Source: a virus. Taken from it: a stretch of 64,000 nt of DNA. The notes under the pieces were generated by a model that saw only the letters and a program-made list of their open reading frames with translations, did not search any database and had not been told where the DNA came from. The position numbers and the translations under genes are program-made. Of this stretch, positions 56,373-64,000 are shown piece after piece (the first letter of the stretch is position 1; every line of letters begins with the position of its first letter). The stretch covers positions 1 through 64,000 of IMG/VR virus record IMGVR_UViG_3300020180_000016. The stretch is one strand, 5' to 3'.

Positions 56373-56872
56373 CCAGCACCGCCGATCTTCACACTGCCGT
56401 CACTTCGATCTGGAATGCATCGACACTCAATACAGAATTCAATTCATATTGGACGGCGGCTCAAAGATTAGGTTTCGCTGTTCTGCACGATCAACTGGCA
56501 GGGCCTTTACAGCCGTTTCCGTATTGTGTCTTTGAGCAAACTCAAGGAGATACGGAAACAAGGATGTCTAGTGGGGTAGGGAATCCAGGTCGAAGAGAGA
56601 TTCGGCGAGTACCTTGGAGCTTTACCGTCCAGACTAGAAAAATGAGCGGAGTGGCTCTGTCGGCCAAGGCAATAGCCGCCGATCTTGTTGATGAGATTAT
56701 GAAGGTGTTTGGGGGCCACCCTACCGCAGCCCCAGCGAATTTCCCAGACCTCACTCAAGGTTACATTCTTCAATGTACCTATGAGAATGAGCTGCCGATC
56801 AGGATTGAAGACGATAATTTCTCGTGGAAGTTGATGTACGCGTTCCGTTTAGATGTTCCAGTTCGCGCCTAG
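56369..56872 (+). CDS. Tail terminator/completion protein
   Basis: PFPYCVF motif; position. Confidence 0.65.
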   Translation: MTSTADLHTAVTSIWNASTLNTEFNSYWTAAQRLGFAVLHDQLAGPLQPFPYCVFEQTQGDTETRMSSGVGNPGRREIRRVPWSFTVQTRKMSGVALSAKAIAADLVDEIMKVFGGHPTAAPANFPDLTQGYILQCTYENELPIRIEDDNFSWKLMYAFRLDVPVRA

Positions 56873-56881
56873 GAATTTGCA

Positions 56882-57670
56882 ATGACTCGTTCGCTGTCGA
56901 ATGCAAAGGTCAGTCTGGCGTTGACTGGGACGGTCCGAAATGCGATGACGTTCAACACGTCTCGCGTCGCTTCTGGGGCTATCAGTCACACCGTCGATAC
57001 GTCGTTGTCGGATGGAGTTTCTTCCGGAGAAGCGAATCGGGCTTGGGAGTACAAGGCAGAGCTGGCCAGCGGAGCGAGTGAGACAATTGACCTGTCTACC
57101 ATGACCGGCATCAATCTTGGTGCTGGTGATGGCAACGACATCGTCGGCCAGACCATGAATCCGATTGCTGAAATTGTAGCCATTGTCGTCAGCAACGAAA
57201 ACGCTAGAACGGTGGCTGGCTACCTTGAAGTTGAACCTGGTGCTGCTAATGGGTGGGCTGGTTTGGGTACCCATACGGTAGCGACAACAGGTGCCTTGGG
57301 TGGACAAGGCACCTTGTTTAAACAGCAGCCCGGTGACCCAGGCTTTGTGCTGGACGCGACGCATAAGAATCTCAAACTGACCGCAAGTGGTGGCGATCTC
57401 ACATACAAGATCACATTATTTGGTCGACATGATGAGGATGAGAGTTCTTCGAGTAGTGTGTCATCAAGCTCGTCAAGTCCGTCATCGCAATCCAGTTCGT
57501 CCTCGAGTTCGTCGAGCTCGCTGTCCTCTTCGTCAAGCTCGTCAAGTAGTGTGTCATCAAGCTCGTCAAGTAGTTCATCATCAAGCTCGTCAAGTAGTTC
57601 ATCATCAAGCTCGTCAAGTAGTTCATCGCCAAGCTCGTCAAGTAGTTCATCGTCTAGCTCTACCAGTTAA
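56882..57670 (+). CDS. Virion protein with C-terminal poly-Ser tail
   Basis: Beta-rich domain followed by a Ser-dominated tract of about 75 residues. Confidence 0.75.
   Translation: MTRSLSNAKVSLALTGTVRNAMTFNTSRVASGAISHTVDTSLSDGVSSGEANRAWEYKAELASGASETIDLSTMTGINLGAGDGNDIVGQTMNPIAEIVAIVVSNENARTVAGYLEVEPGAANGWAGLGTHTVATTGALGGQGTLFKQQPGDPGFVLDATHKNLKLTASGGDLTYKITLFGRHDEDESSSSSVSSSSSSPSSQSSSSSSSSSSLSSSSSSSSSVSSSSSSSSSSSSSSSSSSSSSSSSSPSSSSSSSSSSTS
57534..57646 (+). repeat. 24-bp tandem repeat (5 copies) inside the poly-Ser tract
   Basis: CAAGCTCGTCAAGTAGT at 57534, 57558, 57582, 57606, 57630. Confidence 0.85.
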
Positions 57671-57678
57671 GGAATGCC

Positions 57679-58107
57679 ATGTCATCCGAAAATACCAAGA
57701 CAGGGCGACTCGGCAAATTCGTCGTCGAGAGCACCCAAGTCGCTCGAACGAAGAAGTGGGCCGTCAGCAGGACACTGGCATCAAAGAGCGAATGGGGCGA
57801 TTCAGACTCTGGCGGTTTTACCAATCGGGCTGCCGGGCGTAAAGACGCAACCTTCGATGCAGAAGGTGTGTATGCGACGAACGCTGAGCAATTCGATTTG
57901 TTCAAACCGGAAGACATCGCTAAGGCCGTCCTGTGGATGGACAACCTGACCTTGTACTGGGTGTTTCCGAGAGCCTTGTGTCTGGACTTCAAGATGGAAG
58001 TCGACATTGACGGCGAAACGGTCATCGGCTGGAACTCCAGTTGGGGTGCTGACGGCATTTACTACGCACCTGGCGAAGACAATGCACCGACTGAGACACT
58101 GCCGTAA
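57679..58107 (+). CDS. Tail tube (major tail) protein
   Basis: TGRLGK..KKW..DSDSGGF..AGRKD; precedes chaperone and tape measure. Confidence 0.7.
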   Translation: MSSENTKTGRLGKFVVESTQVARTKKWAVSRTLASKSEWGDSDSGGFTNRAAGRKDATFDAEGVYATNAEQFDLFKPEDIAKAVLWMDNLTLYWVFPRALCLDFKMEVDIDGETVIGWNSSWGADGIYYAPGEDNAPTETLP

Positions 58108-58209
58108 AGTTCGAAATCGTAGTTCTGTGGAATCACGCCTCTGCCTAACTCCCGTTGAGTGTGGTTGGGGCGTGATTGACTTTGCCTGAGAGAAGAAAAG
58201 AGAAGAACC

Positions 58210-58851
58210 ATGTCGGAAGACGTCGCTCGGATTGTTGGGGCTCCATCCCCTACCACAGTCACAATCAATGGGAAGGCTTGTCAGCTCCGTCCGTTGTCGT
58301 TGGTCGAGTTGACTGAGGTGGAACGGGAGTGTCTCCGACATTACCGGAAATCGTACCTTGAGTGCTTCGCAGACAATGCGGCCTCATTGGGTGAGAAGGG
58401 CATGGACATCCTTGAACGCAAAATGGAAGAAGCGGCTCGGTGGGGTGTCGAGGACCTACCATTTAAAGACGCGTTTGACTCCGAGAAGATGGTTTTCAAC
58501 GAAAAGGTTCTGGAGTGGCTCAAAGGTAAGATCGAATTCGATCTGAGCCCTACCGTTAAGGACTACGAGAAGAAGTGCAAGAAAGTCATCGCCGGGCTTC
58601 TCGACAACAAGATGTTGCGAGTGCCTGAATATGAAGCGATGACGGGGCACACACCCAAGCCTGTTAAGATTCCGTACACTAATTGGTGGATTACCGGTTG
58701 TATGGATGGCATGATTACCTTCGTCTGGGTGGCTTACCGAAGTAATGGCGTGTCTCGTGAAGAGGTGGCTCGAGAATTGGGTCACAATCCTAGCCTAATG
58801 ATTCAGCTCTCTCAAGAGCTTGAACGGATGAGTGCTCCGGGAAATGGGTAG
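58210..58851 (+). CDS. Tail assembly chaperone (G-like)
   Basis: Between tube and tape measure; ends in a slippery site. Confidence 0.75.
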   Translation: MSEDVARIVGAPSPTTVTINGKACQLRPLSLVELTEVERECLRHYRKSYLECFADNAASLGEKGMDILERKMEEAARWGVEDLPFKDAFDSEKMVFNEKVLEWLKGKIEFDLSPTVKDYEKKCKKVIAGLLDNKMLRVPEYEAMTGHTPKPVKIPYTNWWITGCMDGMITFVWVAYRSNGVSREEVARELGHNPSLMIQLSQELERMSAPGNG

Positions 58852-59282
58852 GGCTCTCTTCTAAAGACAGATCTGGAGAAGAAGAGTCCACACCGACCAA
58901 AGATCTGCTCTGTGGAATAACACCACGTCATATTCGAGCTCTGTGCGAGAATCCTTGGGAAGGTGGTCGAGCGTACACTCCTCGAGAAGTCGGTGACATG
59001 ACTCTCGACATGATTTATATGCTGCTGGTCGATTCTAGTAGATTGCGAGGAAATCGACCGCTATCAATAGATCCTGAGTCCGTGCCGACTTCTAAGGATG
59101 GCCGAGCCAAAGGTCGAGCAGAAGACGGAACCGTTTTCTATGCTAAGGTGGGTGGTAAGAGTCAGGTTCAGTTAATCCGAGAACGAGCTGAGCAGACTCG
59201 GCAAGCTGAGTTAAAATCCCAGCAAGAGCGACGAGCTCGAGAACGAGAAGAACGATCAAAGAGGCGCCGACGTGGGACTTGA
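58839..59282 (+). CDS. -1 frameshift extension of the tail chaperone (GT-like)
   Basis: G-GGA-AAT at 58839-58845; -1 frame open to 59282 with YTPREVGDMTLDMI; hairpin 58851-58889. Confidence 0.8.
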   Translation, partial: GKWVGLSSKDRSGEEESTPTKDLLCGITPRHIRALCENPWEGGRAYTPREVGDMTLDMIYMLLVDSSRLRGNRPLSIDPESVPTSKDGRAKGRAEDGTVFYAKVGGKSQVQLIRERAEQTRQAELKSQQERRAREREERSKRRRRGT

Positions 59283-61299
59283 ACTAGCCAGAGCCTTTAT
59301 CCGCATCCGTGGTGACTCGACTGAACTTCCTGGTGACTTAGAAGATACCAAGGACAAGGTCAAGGAAGCTCTTGGCGATATCACTTCCGGAATCTTTAGC
59401 ACCTTGGCTTCTTTTGCCATGTTTGGAAGGGGGGTGATAAATCGAGGTTTGCAAGCGGCTGGGGAATTCGAGAAGACTACCGTTGAAATGGAAACGCTTC
59501 TTGGGTCAGCCGAAGAGACATCGAAACTGCTGGCGAAGCTGACGAAATTCGCCGTCGAAACTCCTTTTGAGATGCCCGGTATTCTTCAAGTCACTCAAGG
59601 CCTCATCCAGTTTGGTGAGCGGGGTGATGAGCTGATGAGCACCTTGAAAATCTTGGGCGACGCCTCCGGTGGTACATCCCAGAAATTTCAACTTCTGGGC
59701 ATGGTTTTCAACCAAGTCCGCGGTGTGGGTAAATTGCTGACTCAAGACTTTCGTCAGCTCAGCACCCGCGGAATCATCTCACTGCAAGACATCGCGAAGC
59801 ATTATAAGGTCACTACCACAGTGGCTGAGCATATGCTGTCATCTGGAAAAGTCAAGTTTGAAGACTTCCGGAAGATTATGAAGGGCTTGACGGAAGAAGG
59901 TGGCCGATTTGCCAACGCGATGATAAAGCAGTCCACTACTCTGTTAGGCTTGAATAGCACTCTCTCTGATGCTCGTAATATTGCAACCCGCATCTTGGTG
60001 ATGCCGCTTGTACCGGCTGTGAAAGCCCTCACGCAGGTGTTCATTGCCTTGGCTGGATCCGTTGAAACTGTGGTCAGAATAGGTGGTTCTGCGGTATCCT
60101 TTGCGTTTGTAGGTGCGACGGCCGTGGCCATGCTGGGTGGTGCGGTTAGCGGCTTAATCGTCGTCTTGAATCTTCTTGGACTGACCATCCGGAAAGTCAT
60201 CATCGGCACAGGGGTCGGGGCCGTCATCATTCTAATCGGAGCTGCGATTGGTTTCTTGATTGGGATGATAAAAGACTATGTAGTCGTCCAAAAAGCCTTC
60301 AATGCGGTCTGGGATGGATTGATCGAGGCTGCTCGTCCAGCCTATGATGTTTTGATGAAGTTCTGGAAAGACAATGAAGCCAATTTACTCTACATCAAGA
60401 GTTTGTGGAGTGAAGTTGTAAGAAACAGCATGTCGTTGTTGACAGAATTTGGAGATAAGGCTTCTTCAATTTTTGAGATGTTTATAAGCCTTGTTGGCCG
60501 AGCCGGTGAACTTTTCGCTCAAAGATTTATCGTGATGGCAAGTGTCGCTCTTCGTTTTATATCGCTATTCTTGGAAGGCTTGGCGATTCTGGTGACCGAC
60601 TGGACGATGACTTGGGATATGATGAAGTTGATTGTGGCTTTGGCTGCTCTCCAGATTACGTCGAGTATGGTGTATGCCTACGATTCTATCGTGGCCGTGG
60701 TGATTGCGTCATCATTCGCGATGGTGCAGATAATGAAAGACACGGCCTACAATCTGGTCTTACCATTCGTCGCGGCAACTCAAGCCATTAAAGGTCTCTT
60801 CATTGCCCTGTGGGAAGGAATCAAAACCAAGTTCGCTGGGGGTGATTTCACAGACGCTTTTTTCGCCAAGCTGAACGAAGAGATGGCCAAGGTGGACACC
60901 AAGCTCCGACCTATTGGAGAGAAAGCGGCCAAGGCTTACAAGGCGGCCTACAAACCCCCTGGAGATCCTTATAAGGATTTGATTGACACGACAAAGAAAA
61001 ATATCCAAGAATTGTGGGATAAGATGAAGGGTGCTCGGAACACGAAGTTGACGGCAGACCAAATGATTGCCGACCCAGCAGCTCCGGGTGGGCCAGCGGC
61101 CGTCGTCCCGGAAGCTACCAAGGCTATGCTCAATACCGGTCGATACAGTTTTTCGGATTTTGGCAATAAAATCCAAGATTCTTTGTTAGGTACGAAAGAT
61201 CATGGTGCTCAGCAAGTCGAACTGATGAAGTTGGGTAACGACAAGCAAGACGAGCTCATCAAAGCCGTTAAAGATGCACCCAAACCAGGATTGGAATAA
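59272..61299 (+). CDS. Tape measure protein
   Basis: ELARAFIRI, FAVETPFE, LGDASGG, QV..GKL..QD..QL..GI, central hydrophobic stretches. Confidence 0.9.
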   Translation: MGLELARAFIRIRGDSTELPGDLEDTKDKVKEALGDITSGIFSTLASFAMFGRGVINRGLQAAGEFEKTTVEMETLLGSAEETSKLLAKLTKFAVETPFEMPGILQVTQGLIQFGERGDELMSTLKILGDASGGTSQKFQLLGMVFNQVRGVGKLLTQDFRQLSTRGIISLQDIAKHYKVTTTVAEHMLSSGKVKFEDFRKIMKGLTEEGGRFANAMIKQSTTLLGLNSTLSDARNIATRILVMPLVPAVKALTQVFIALAGSVETVVRIGGSAVSFAFVGATAVAMLGGAVSGLIVVLNLLGLTIRKVIIGTGVGAVIILIGAAIGFLIGMIKDYVVVQKAFNAVWDGLIEAARPAYDVLMKFWKDNEANLLYIKSLWSEVVRNSMSLLTEFGDKASSIFEMFISLVGRAGELFAQRFIVMASVALRFISLFLEGLAILVTDWTMTWDMMKLIVALAALQITSSMVYAYDSIVAVVIASSFAMVQIMKDTAYNLVLPFVAATQAIKGLFIALWEGIKTKFAGGDFTDAFFAKLNEEMAKVDTKLRPIGEKAAKAYKAAYKPPGDPYKDLIDTTKKNIQELWDKMKGARNTKLTADQMIADPAAPGGPAAVVPEATKAMLNTGRYSFSDFGNKIQDSLLGTKDHGAQQVELMKLGNDKQDELIKAVKDAPKPGLE

Positions 61300-62300
61300 T
61301 GGCTTCTAATTTCGACGATCCTAGTTTGTGGCGGATGCGAACTTCCGGCGGGCTTGCCGTCAAATATCTCGGAATTGAAGGTTCGTTTGCCCCTGAGAAA
61401 GCCCAGGTTACTGTCAAGTACCTGATTCGAAGTAGTGATATAGTCTCTTTTATGCTGGAGATGTTTCCAAACCCTATTCGAATTGGTGAGATTGAGGTAC
61501 CGCAGAGCACACCGCTTCCAGGTTTGCCGGGATTGATTGCCAATAACGTCACCTTCAAACAATTCGACGACGGCAAACCGGCTGACCCATTCGGTTTCGA
61601 TCCGTCTGCTCCGGCAGGTACCTATTACCCAGTCATTCAAGTCTCTGTTGATTATGGCCAGCCCAAGGCCTCGCAGGATCCTAAGGCCGACGACCCGAAA
61701 ACATTCTTAGAGATCAGTGGGCATGCTACGGGCGATTACTTGACTACGACGGCACCGAAAGGTAAGTGGATCCCTAAGACTAAGAACCCTGAGTCTCTGC
61801 CTGAGACGAACGTACCTAACGAGGGTGACATTCCGTTTGAAGAATTGCGGCTGCAAAAGCCTGTGGTTGAGAAAAAGGTAGCCGTCAAAGATCCGACGAT
61901 CCCCATCATCCTTCCAGTTCCGCAGACGGAATGGACTGTCAAGTGGTCACAGATCCCATTTGATTATTTCCAGAACGTCCTGATCTACCGCCTTCGTTGG
62001 GGGATGGGGATGGTGAATAGTACCGCCATGCCAGTTCTCTTCGCAGCTCTACCGGAAACGATTCTGTTTGCTGGGTACTCTTACCAACAATCGTACACCT
62101 GGCGAGATGGTAAGATAGGAACTCCTCCCGTTTCGGTTGAGATGAAGTTCCTCGAAAAACGGATCCTTTGGGGTGGTGTTCTGCGGACTCATAATGATTT
62201 CTGGCGTTCCGGTACCGGGTGGGAGACCCTTACCCTTGACGGTACTCGAAAGGTGTTTGAATCCCGTGATTTGAATGGTTTGTTCCAGATCGGTTCGTAA
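61299..62300 (+). CDS. Distal tail/hub-type virion protein (putative)
   Basis: Follows the tape measure; GMVNS..PETILF.G, HNDFWR. Confidence 0.6.
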   Translation: MASNFDDPSLWRMRTSGGLAVKYLGIEGSFAPEKAQVTVKYLIRSSDIVSFMLEMFPNPIRIGEIEVPQSTPLPGLPGLIANNVTFKQFDDGKPADPFGFDPSAPAGTYYPVIQVSVDYGQPKASQDPKADDPKTFLEISGHATGDYLTTTAPKGKWIPKTKNPESLPETNVPNEGDIPFEELRLQKPVVEKKVAVKDPTIPIILPVPQTEWTVKWSQIPFDYFQNVLIYRLRWGMGMVNSTAMPVLFAALPETILFAGYSYQQSYTWRDGKIGTPPVSVEMKFLEKRILWGGVLRTHNDFWRSGTGWETLTLDGTRKVFESRDLNGLFQIGS

Positions 62301-62301
62301 A

Positions 62302-63795
62302 ATGGCAGAACCATTCCCAGATAAGAAGCCGGGTGACCAGCTCTCTGCTGAGCACGTCAACAATCTGAACAGAGCTGGTCGCTGGGTGCGAGACCGAGCT
62401 GGCAGCTCTTTTCTTTCCATGGCTGGTGGACATCCATTAGCACCGTCACCTCACAATCAACGAATTGTGATTGTGGTTGGTATTCAGATTGAAGAAGAAT
62501 CCGATCATTCTTCGTCCTCGTCGAGTTCTGATTCCGCATCGTCGGCTTCGTCTGCATCTTCTGGTTCATTTTCATCCTCAGAAGGTTCCGATGGGTGGGA
62601 CTGTGAAGGTGCCAGCTATCAAGTCCGGATGCGATATTATGACACCGATGATAATGAGTGGAAGACGAATGCCGACGACGAATCATTCTGTATGGACGCA
62701 TCCGAATTTGGAGATCCATTCTCTGTAGGTGACGTTCTTGTTGCTTGGTGGGATCCTCAAAGAGGTGCCTTCGTCCCTGGTAATGTTTCAGGAATAAATG
62801 ATTCGACCGGTGTGTCGAATGCAACCAAATTTGCAAGAGTGACTAATGGATTGAATAGAACGACCGCCTTGAATCCAGCGTTTTTGCAAACAAGTCTTGG
62901 AGTGTACACAGAGGCTATTACCGTTGATCGGACATATTTCAGTGGGTATGCCTTTCCTAACGAAATTGTAGAGGTGCGAAGGGAGCCGACGGGTTGGTTT
63001 GCCTACGGACGCGGGCACACAAAGATTAAGGGAGTTCTTAAGACTGATTTAGAGTCGCGAGGTACCGCCCTTGTTTGGGTGTCGACTCTTACCATTACTT
63101 CGTCAGACGGATCTAGTGACGGCTTCTATGATACCTTCACTTCGTCTGTTAGGGTGATGGAGGCTGTTGGAATTCCGGACGGTGTATTTGTGGCTGGTAC
63201 TGAAATAACTGCTGATTGGCATGACCAAGGGCGGATGTTCCTTGTTGATGTGACCTCAGCTTGTCCGGATACAGTATCATCCCAATCCGGATCGACTTCC
63301 TCGTTGTCGGTAAGCTCTAGGTCAAGTTCGTCCAGGTCAAGTTCTAGTCAATCCAGTTCCGCATCTGTTTCCGACGTGTCAACACAATCGTCGCAATCTG
63401 GATCGACTTCTTCCGCATCTTCTGATTCGTCGGTAACACCGTGCGATGTGTCGGCTATCACAAATCTTACATGGTCCATGTCTGGTGTAGTCTCAGCATC
63501 CTGCTCAGCCTTGTGTGGCGTCTTTAATGGTAGTTGGGCTGCTTCTGGTGTTGCTGGGGGTACGTGGATTGGGTCATTAACCGGTTCTGCTTGTGACGGA
63601 CCGATTGTTTGTAATGTTGATTGGAATCTAACTACTTTCAATAAAGTGACAATGAAATTCATCAGTGGTTCAGTCGAATATGCGAGATATGTAGGAAATT
63701 GTGTTAGTGTCTTAGGTGACGTATTTGTTCTTCAAGTTCCTGATGGCGGTCAATGTGATGAATGGCCTGTCAATATCACAGTGACAGGGACATAG
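62302..63795 (+). CDS. Tail tip/fibre-type protein with two Ser-rich linkers and a Cys-rich end
   Basis: KPGDQLSAEHVNNL start; Ser tracts near 62510-62590 and 63270-63435. Confidence 0.65.
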   Translation: MAEPFPDKKPGDQLSAEHVNNLNRAGRWVRDRAGSSFLSMAGGHPLAPSPHNQRIVIVVGIQIEEESDHSSSSSSSDSASSASSASSGSFSSSEGSDGWDCEGASYQVRMRYYDTDDNEWKTNADDESFCMDASEFGDPFSVGDVLVAWWDPQRGAFVPGNVSGINDSTGVSNATKFARVTNGLNRTTALNPAFLQTSLGVYTEAITVDRTYFSGYAFPNEIVEVRREPTGWFAYGRGHTKIKGVLKTDLESRGTALVWVSTLTITSSDGSSDGFYDTFTSSVRVMEAVGIPDGVFVAGTEITADWHDQGRMFLVDVTSACPDTVSSQSGSTSSLSVSSRSSSSRSSSSQSSSASVSDVSTQSSQSGSTSSASSDSSVTPCDVSAITNLTWSMSGVVSASCSALCGVFNGSWAASGVAGGTWIGSLTGSACDGPIVCNVDWNLTTFNKVTMKFISGSVEYARYVGNCVSVLGDVFVLQVPDGGQCDEWPVNITVTGT

Positions 63796-64000
63796 ATGTA
63801 TTCATACGGTCCTGATTGTTGCTGCGATGAAGTATCACCCACCATAAATCAGTGTGGTGCAGGTGCCTGTTATCCGAATGAGAACATCGCCTTTATTGTC
63901 CAAGATCAAGGATTCACTGAAGGCTGTGATGTACTGATCGGAGATTATCTACTCTGCCGTTCAGGTGAGTGTAGCTGGACGATGGGACTCTTCTACGCTT
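63796..64000 (+). CDS. Cys-rich tail protein, 3' truncated by window edge
   Basis: MYSYGPDCCCDEV..CGAGAC.. open to the end. Confidence 0.55.
   Translation, partial: MYSYGPDCCCDEVSPTINQCGAGACYPNENIAFIVQDQGFTEGCDVLIGDYLLCRSGECSWTMGLFYA

Noticed and set aside
1-64000. Integrase, transposase, reverse transcriptase/DGR, cas genes, intact primase, and the many minus-strand ORFs
   Set aside because: No diagnostic motifs recognised; minus-strand ORFs overlap well-supported plus-strand genes. Absence applies only to this window

Overview
The window is a 64-kb, almost entirely plus-strand segment of a large tailed dsDNA phage (Caudoviricetes, HK97-type head, probably non-contractile tail). The host is plausibly a Planctomycete; this is inferred from the CsrA type, the CRISPR repeat type and the lysis-region proteins. 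Gene order: (1) replication initiator pair with iterons, preceded by a structured attenuator-like leader; (2) DnaB-like helicase; (3) an 8-gene 7-deazaguanine DNA-modification cluster (QueD, QueE, PRTase-FolE, DpdA/TGT-like) that lacks QueC but adds a glycosyltransferase, a PIG-L deacetylase/QueD-like fusion, a PAPS-reductase-like protein and a dead QueE paralogue; (4) replisome and recombination genes (beta clamp, split UDG-exo + PolA, DnaX, SSB, tRNA-like gene, RecA, CsrA, 5'-3' exonuclease, RuvC, split SbcC/SbcD, ThyX); (5) TerS and TerL, separated by a captured and pruned patchwork of host defence-island gene fragments; (6) a cas-less CRISPR mini-array; (7) holin and papain-like peptidase; (8) morphogenesis genes, including portal, a MuF-kinase-ADP-ribosyltransferase fusion, protease, capsid, tail tube, frameshifted chaperone, tape measure and several poly-serine proteins. 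Best candidates for undescribed biology: the glyco-deazaguanine pathway, the pruned host defence island, the mini-CRISPR and the double loop-pairing leader. All annotations come from motif recognition by eye; no searches were run.
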